Below, piece after piece: positions 56,921 to 64,000 of a stretch of 64,000 nt of DNA. A program made the translations under genes and the position numbers. Position 1 is the stretch's first letter. The number at the start of each line of letters is the position of its first letter. The notes below the pieces were generated by a model that saw only the letters and a list, made by a program, of their open reading frames with translations, did no database searches and was not told where the DNA came from. The DNA is taken from the NCBI RefSeq assembly GCF_035594765.1, contig NC_085846.1, positions 12,759,190-12,823,189 of the forward strand, given 5' to 3'. The stretch comes from Anolis carolinensis. Lineage: Eukaryota.

Positions 56921-58735
56921 GACAAGATCAAGGGGTAGGAGATATTCCATGAAAGTCAAATCTCAAACCCAAAAAGGAAGAGGACTAGTGTGGAGATATT
57001 TTTTTTTTAATGAGAGGTACATTTCAGCTGCTGTTACATAAAAATGAAAGTATTGTTGGTGCAGAAATTCCAAGCAAAATGCATCGATGGGATACATCTA
57101 CTACTATACTATTGCTATTAATAATAATAAAAAGAAGAGGCAAAATAATTTCCTATATTTATAGTTTGATTGTGCACATACTGAACCATTTGTCTTCTCT
57201 ACAACCAAAGACTGGGAAAGACCACTTTCTACAGCCAAGATGAGAAATATGCAGATCTCTGGATGCTGTCAGACTGTAACTCCCAGCATTTCTCACCGTT
57301 GTTACGCATGCATTAGATCACACTGCCTTTTAGCCAGGGGTTACCTGCAAGTTTTATTTTTCATTCACCAGCTGCTCTCCAAATGGGCATTTCATTCACC
57401 AGACTAATCCTTCCCAATAGCCAGAGCCAAAGTTTTAAAGGAATCAAATAGAATTTTGCTAAAAATTGTGTCAATGGCATAACCTCAGAATTTAACTTTT
57501 CCTGGAAATAGAATGCCTTTGAAACTATGCAGATTGCATTTTCTTACCAGTGGTTAACCACAGTCCAATTAAGGGACAGGATCTCCAAATCACAAGATCC
57601 AACTTAAGCCCCATCTGCACTGCTGTATAATGCAGTTTTGGAATACAGCTTAACTGCATTATATGGTAGTGTAGACTCATGTAATCTAGTTCGGTGCAGT
57701 TAAACTGAAACTGAATTATATGACAGTGTAATAGGGCCTTAGGTTTAGCCTGAGGATAAACACTTTCTGCCTCTTGAACCATTTTTAAATTAACAGGCTA
57801 GATATGTATTTATTGGCCTCATTCGGGCAGCAATCTTATTTTCACTTAGCTGAAAGTATTCCCATTTAACTCAGTGCAAGTTCTAAAGTAATAAACGGTG
57901 GGCTGCACTGTTAGGACTAAAATCAAATTATTAGTTTCCACTAGAGGAAGCTGTTTGAACCAAGAGTAAGTCACTTTGACTCATTGAGTCTATTCTGTTT
58001 GAGACCAGGAACTGCACTGAGGCCATAGTGCAATATTTGGTGTAGAACAATGCTAAATAAACAACAAAACATCTAATTTTCAACTTGGTTACTTTTATAT
58101 TAACCTGATCATATTGATATCTGTATTTCCTCCCTGCTTTCTTTCGACATGTAACTGTCTGATTGAGCAAGATGAGGGTTGGCTGCGGAACCTTCTCAGA
58201 TGAGACCTATTTGTGCTGCAAGGTCTCCACCTGGGCTACAATAAAATAAATCTGCAGTGGAATGTGTGACTTGGGGCTGTGGTGTTTGACTGAGCTCTCA
58301 ATTCAAGTGTGAAGGTTTCCAGGTATCTATGGACCAGTCATTCTGGTTCCCTCAATAAAACCTGCCTCAGAGGCTTGCAGGTGTGTAGCTACAAAGTCAA
58401 CAAAGTTAGGCTTCTGCCTTCCCTAAGAGGAATTCTGTCCTCCAATATATTTCCTTCGCTCCCCAAATTTTTAGCATTGAAGAGAATGAGACAAACTTGC
58501 TCACACCTAGAACTCATATGATTTACTGTGTCTGTATTTCCTTTGTAGCTTTGTCTGCCCAGACTAAATGCTCAACAGAGCTTTTATGTTACTGTAATGC
58601 TAGGAATTTGAGGAAAGAAAGAAAAAATATTGTTGTGGATAGCAATATCCTCATTTTGGGACGTTTATATTATTTCCTTTTTAAAAAATGGGGCTGTCAG
58701 GTATATAGATAGTTGTTTTGAGAGGTGTTTGTGTA

Positions 58736-58778
58736 TGAGTGTGTGTGTATGTGTATATATGTGTGTGTGTGTGTGTGT
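58736..58778. repeat. (GT)n microsatellite; (TAA/TTA)n tracts at 24140, 39493, 39784, 45841, 52288, 52648
   Basis: Directly visible simple repeats. Confidence 0.9.
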
Positions 58779-58831
58779 ACATACATGTCTACAGTTTGCC
58801 TACTGACTTATAGTGACTATGAATATCGTAG

Positions 58832-58984
58832 AGTTTTCTTTGGCAAGGAATACTCAGAGGCCTTTTGTCAGTTCCATCCTCTGAAATAGCACCTACAGCA
58901 ACTGATATTCATTGGCAATCTCCCATCTAAGCACTAACCAGGGCTGCCCCTGCTTAACTTTCAAGGTGAGATGGATCTGATGCC
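58832..58984 (-). mobile_element. 5S rRNA-derived SINE with RTE-type tail
   Basis: Minus strand aagttaagcaggggcagccctggttagtgcttagatgggaga...tgctgtagg aligns with the 5S internal control region and is followed by an RTE-like tail. Confidence 0.7.
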
Positions 58985-59044
58985 CTTTAAAATATTTAGG
59001 TTTTGTGTTGTCATTCCTTTGAAATATACTCCAGCCTTCATTTT

Positions 59045-59312
59045 TAACTGCCATTAAGTTGACTTACACTTAAAGCATCCCTATTAACGTTGAGACCTAC
59101 AAATCATCCTATGATTAATACCCTGCTCAGGTCTTGCAGACTGTGGGCTATGGCTTCCTTGATTCAGTCTATCCATCTGGAATCTGGTCTTCCTCGTGTC
59201 CTGTTGTCATCTACCTTACTGAGCATTGTTGCATTTCCAAGTGAGTCATGTCTTCTCATGATATAGCCAAAGTACAGCAGTCTCAGTTTGGTCATCTTAG
59301 CTTCTGGGAAGA
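59045..59312 (-). mobile_element. RTE/BovB-like LINE 3' fragment
   Basis: Minus-strand translation resembles YFG.IMRRHDSL...RGRP..RWID. Confidence 0.65.
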
Positions 59313-61036
59313 GTCAGCACCTATATTTCAGAGGAAGGGAGTGGCAAAACCACCTCTTGAGTATGCCTTGCTTAAGAAAACGATGAAATCCACCACTCAA
59401 TGGGCAACTTAGTGGCTCATACACACAGAAAGATAATAACCTTTGGAATAAGTAGCCTATCAGGTTTGACTGCTTTTCCTTAATACCTTTGCTAGGCGAA
59501 GGGAAGAAGATAAACATCTTCATTGCCTTAAGGAAGGGTTAGTAGAAGAGGGTAAAGGCATTCTGCCAAATGACGTGGTAAAGAGCAATCCTCCCCAGAT
59601 GCTGTCAGTCACTATGATCCTTGAGTAATAAAAAGATGGCATTTAGTAGCAATGGGAGCTCTGTTTTGGTGGTCCCAAAGATGGCCACCATGCTGGAAAT
59701 TGTTTTGTTGGCTTGTCTCCAATTGCAAGTAGAGTTTCCACAGCTCACTTGCCAAGTTGTATGATCCGCACTCAAATGTGGGGCTACACAGAAGACAAAG
59801 AAATTTCAATGTCATAATGTATAAATCAGATGAGAAAAGAATGGATATCTAAAAATAGTTGGATTGGTAGCTCCCAGCATCCACTTCAATGGACCATTGA
59901 CAATGGGAATTGTTCAGTATCTGGCAAGCCATACCATCTCACATCTATCCTATTGGCTTAAAACTTTGGGAGAGGAAGGAAGAGAGGCATGAAAGATTCA
60001 CCCATCTAGCATAATTACATTTTCTCAATGGGGAATGTTATGTTATCCCTGAGACATAATTTTTCAGTGTATGAACACAAAAAAAAATTTCCAGCATTCA
60101 GGGAGAAACCTCTTCTTTGTACTAGTAATGGTACAGTACTTGTATTGAAGAACAGGTGACAGAAATCATGCTCTACAATGCAGATTCTCATTTAGTTTAG
60201 TGATCTGCACTTGTGTTGGCCATTAGTTTTGGGTGTTGTGGATAGAGGAGTTTGCAGCAACTCAGACAGGCATTAGCCAACTTCAGCCCTCCAGGTGTTT
60301 TGGATTCCAACTCTCTCCTCCTACCAGCTGTTAGGAATTGTGGGAGCTGAAGTCCAAAACACCTGGAGGGCAAAAGTTGGCCCATGCCTGGCTTAGATGG
60401 AGGCTAGAGTCCCAACAGATTGTTCTGATTAAGTTTTTTTTGTGTGTGTGTCAGGAGCAACTTGAGTCACTTCTGGAGTGAATTGGCTGTCTGCAAGGAC
60501 GTTGCCCGGGGACGCCCTGATGTTTTGATGTTTTTACCATCCTTGTGGGAGGCTTCTCTCATGTCCCCGCATGGAGCTGGAGCTGATAGAGGGAGCTCAT
60601 CCGCACTCCCCCTGGGTGGGATTCGAACCTGGCAGCTTTCAGGTCAGCAACCCAACCTTCAAGTCACTTAGTCCACTGCGCCATCTGGGGGCTCCTTCTG
60701 ATTAAGTTTGCCCATGCCTGAACTAGAGCATAGTGCAGTGGTTCTCAACCTGGGGTCCCCAAATGTTTTTGGCCTTCAATTCCCAGAAATCCTAACAGCT
60801 GGATAACTGGCTGGGATTTCTGGGAGTTGTAGGCCAAAACATCTGGGGGCCCACAAGTTGAAAACCATTGCATAGTTCAACACCTTTTGCACTCAGGGCT
60901 CTTCCACACAGCTATATGAATCAGAATATCAAGGCAGATAATCTATAGTATCTTTCAACTGGGTTATCTGAGTCCACACTGCCACATAATTTCATACAGC
61001 TGTGTGGAAGGGGCCTCAGTTCATCTGTTTCACAGA

Positions 61037-61575
61037 TTCTATTCTGCCTTGGTCAGACCACACCTGGAATACTGTGTCCAATTTTGGGCACCGCAGCTGA
61101 AGGGAGATGTTGACAAGCTGGAAAGCGTCCAGAGGAGGGCAACTAAAATGATTAAGGGTCTGGAGAACAAGCCCTATGAGGAGCGGCTTAAAGAGCTGGG
61201 CATGTTTAGCCTGCAGAAGAGAAGGCTGAGAGGAGACATGATAGCCATGTACAAATACGTGAAGGGAAGTCATAGGCAGGAGGGAGCAAGCTTGTTTTCT
61301 GCTGCCCTCCAGACTAGGACGCGGAACAATGGCTTCAAACTACAGGAAAGGAGATTCCACCTGAACATCAGGAAGAACTTCCTCACTGTGAGGGCTGTTC
61401 GACAGTGGAACTCTCTCCCCCGGACTGTGGTGGAAGCTCCTTCTTTGGAGGCTTTTAAGCAGAGACTGGATGGCCATCTGTCGGGGGTGCTTTGAATGCG
61501 ATTTCCTGCTTCTTAGCGGGGGTTGGACTGGATGGCCCATGAGGTCTCTTCCAACTCTACTATTCTATGATTCTA
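61037..61575 (+). mobile_element. CR1 LINE 3' end
   Basis: Open ORF2 C-terminus [18 protein letters not shown]...QRRATKMI...RRLRGDMI...WNSLP and an attctatgattct tail. Confidence 0.92.
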
Positions 61576-61666
61576 AGCATATTATATTATAATATTACAA
61601 TATATTGTATATACATGTAATATTAATTATAATATTATGATGTAATACAATGTAATAATAATTATA

Positions 61667-61878
61667 GGTAAAGGTAAAGGTTTCCCCTGACGTTAAGTCC
61701 AGTCATGTCTGACTCTGGGGGTTGGTGCTCATCTCCATTTCTAAGCCAAAGAGCCGGCGTTGTCCGTAGACACCTCCAAGGTCATGTGGCCATGGGCATG
61801 ACTGCATGGAGCGCCGTTACCTTCCCGCTGGAGCGGTACCTATTGATCTACTCACATTGTCATGTTTTCGAACTGCTA
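61667..61878 (-). mobile_element. Sauria SINE, 5'-truncated
   Basis: aggtaaaggtaaagg tail and Sauria body. Confidence 0.85.
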
Positions 61879-62109
61879 ATAATAATTATAATTCACTATT
61901 ATAATTGTATATTTATATTACATGCAATATTACTAATAATAATGCAATATAGTCATATAATATAATATATTGTATATATGTATATATACATGTAAACCGC
62001 CCTGAGTCCCCTTCGGGGCGAGAAGGGCGGGATATAAATGTCGCTAATAAATAAATAATAAATGTATGGAGCAAAGGTTCAACAAGAAATCAAAGGGCTC
62101 TATCTTGGC

Positions 62110-62700
62110 AGCCCAACATTTCCAACCAATGACAGAGAAGACAAAAAGGAGGCGACGTAAGCCAATCCGGAGCCTTTCTTTCGCCTAGTCCCGCCCTTCA
62201 GCCGCCTAACATTCTTTCCCCGCCCCCTCTTGGGGGGTCTTTAAGTACTTGGCGAGGAAGGGAAGCCAGGGCGCAGGCGCACTAGGAAGAGGCGAGGGAA
62301 GGAGCGCGCGCATGTTGGCTGCCGGGGCGCGTGCCCAAAGGCGGGGAGTCCCCGGATCTCAAAGCCCCGCCCCTTTTTGCTCCCCATCAGTAGCCAGCAA
62401 TAGCGGCAGAAGGAAGGCAGCTCCTTGCAAGAGGCCTGGGTGAGTCGAAGGGGTGGGGGGGAGGAGGAGGAGGAAAGAGAGCAGGAAGCGGTCACTCCCT
62501 CCTCCAACTTCCTTCCTAGTTGCAGCTCCTCCTCTTCTGCCCCCCTCCTTTCCAGAAGGGGGACGTGGCGGGGAGGGGGATTTGAGGGAGGAAGAGCCCC
62601 TCCAGGTGGGTGGGAGGAGCAGCTGTTGCTTGACTAGAAAGCCTCTCCTTCCCTTGGCATCATCAAGAGGCATTGCTTAAGCTAATAGGTATGTATTGGG
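62110..62700 (+). promoter_or_regulatory. CpG-island promoter and probable first exon of an unidentified downstream gene
   Basis: CCAAT boxes (about 62126, 62162), GC boxes, donor TGG|GTGAGT at 62439/62440, and a second donor-like TAG|GTATGT near 62688. Confidence 0.55.
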
Positions 62701-63159
62701 GGAAAGGTTTTTATTTGGAAGGTAGCAGGATTTTCAAATGGGGAGCTTGTTGGACATGTCATCTGCACATGCCCAGAGGCAGCTATTGATGAATGTATTG
62801 GAACATGAGAAATGTCAGTTCCTGCTCAGCTATGGCTTCCTCTGAGCATGTGCAAATGGCACATCCAACAAGTGGGTGCATCAAGGCTGTGGAATAAATG
62901 CAGCTCAGCACCCACTTGAACTACTGTGGAATCATGGGAGATGTAGTTTGATGAGGCCCCCGGCCCTGTTGGAAAGAGAAGGCAAAAAGACCTTGCAAAA
63001 GTCCCACAATTCCATCATATTGAGCCATAGCTGTCCAACTGAATGAATTCTGCCTCCAAGGTCACTGCTCCCCAAACTCTGCTCTTTCGGGTGTTTTGAA
63101 CATTAACTCCCAAAATCTACTTTCATCATCCAAAGCAGTTGAGGCTTCTAGGCTGAAAA

Positions 63160-63493
63160 TGATGCTCCAGAAGATAGGAACAGAATTCAAAACAATCTTA
63201 AAAGATTGGAGAGATGGGTCGAAACTAACAAAATGAAGTTCAACAGGGACAAATGCAAGATACTCCACTTAGGCAGAAAAAATGAAATGCAAAGATACAG
63301 AATGGGTGACGCCTGGCTCGAAAGCAGTACGTGTGAAAAACATCTTGGAATCTTTGTGGACAGGAAGGTGAACATGAGCCAACAATGCTATGCAGCAGCT
63401 AGAAAAGCCAATGGGATTTTGGCCAGCATAAATAGGAGTCTAGATCCAGGGAAGTCATGCTACCCCTCTATTTCACCTTGGTCAGACCACACC
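63160..63493 (+). mobile_element. CR1 internal RT fragment
   Basis: Peptide LERWVETNKMKFNRDKCKILHLGRKN...NMSQQC...KANGIL. Confidence 0.85.
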
Positions 63494-64000
63494 TTGCAAA
63501 ACTCTCACGATTCCATCATGTTGAGCCATAGCAATTTAAAGTGCTGTCCAACTGCATGAATTCTGCCTTCAAGGTCACCGTTCCCCAAATTCTGCTCTTT
63601 CGGGTGTTTTGAACGTTAACGTCCAGAATCCACTTTCATTGTCCAAAGCAGCGGAGACTTCTGGAAGTCTACGTCTAAATCTCCTATAGTACCAGACTTT
63701 GGAGATTACTAGCCTAGATGCATCCAGTGTGGAGACAGCCTGCCTTCTCCCCAGCTATAGCTCAACCAAGAGGGCATTTACACTGCTAAATTAATGCAGT
63801 TTGATGCCACTTTAACTGCCATGGCTCAGTGCTATGGAATCATGGAAAATGTAAGGGGCCATGGTGGTGCAATGGGTTAAACCCTTGTGCTGGCTGAACT
63901 GCTGACCTGAATGTCGGCGGTTCAAATCCACAAGACAAGAGTGAGCTCCTGTCTGTCAGCCCTAGCTTATGCGGGAACATGAGAGGAGCCTCCCAGCAGA

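Noticed and set aside
58891-58984. 5S rRNA gene
   Set aside because: 5'-incomplete, diverged, and fused to a retroposon tail.

Overview
Vertebrate (squamate) genomic DNA, most likely an Anolis lizard, judged from Sauria SINEs and Vingi, Dong/R4, Penelope and CR1 repeats. The region is syntenic with the human 16p11.2 ZNF-PRR14-FBRS-SRCAP block. From left to right: (1) a CpG-island promoter and non-coding first exon on the minus strand, probably SRCAP by synteny; (2) about 8 kb of nested transposons; (3) a complete 18-coding-exon FBRS gene (minus, 27610->9226, 1034 aa by hand splicing); (4) a complete 11-coding-exon PRR14 gene (minus, 42589->33060, 705 aa); (5) a two-exon KRAB-less C2H2 zinc-finger gene (plus, 51428->56920, 420 aa); (6) another CpG-island promoter near 62.1-62.7 kb. 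The most notable observations are: a Penelope-borne minimal hammerhead ribozyme with an intact core at 1064-1104, lying in sense orientation between the FBRS 3' end and the next promoter; a zinc-finger protein built from two duplicated 3-finger modules joined by a 24-aa repeat spacer; a dense CTTTAAR motif cluster in the FBRS promoter/leader; a loopless 194-bp palindrome next to a ZNF143/THAP11 motif; and a uORF plus hairpin in the PRR14 leader. Exons were assembled by eye with phase checks. Repeat family names come from recognition and were not checked by database search.
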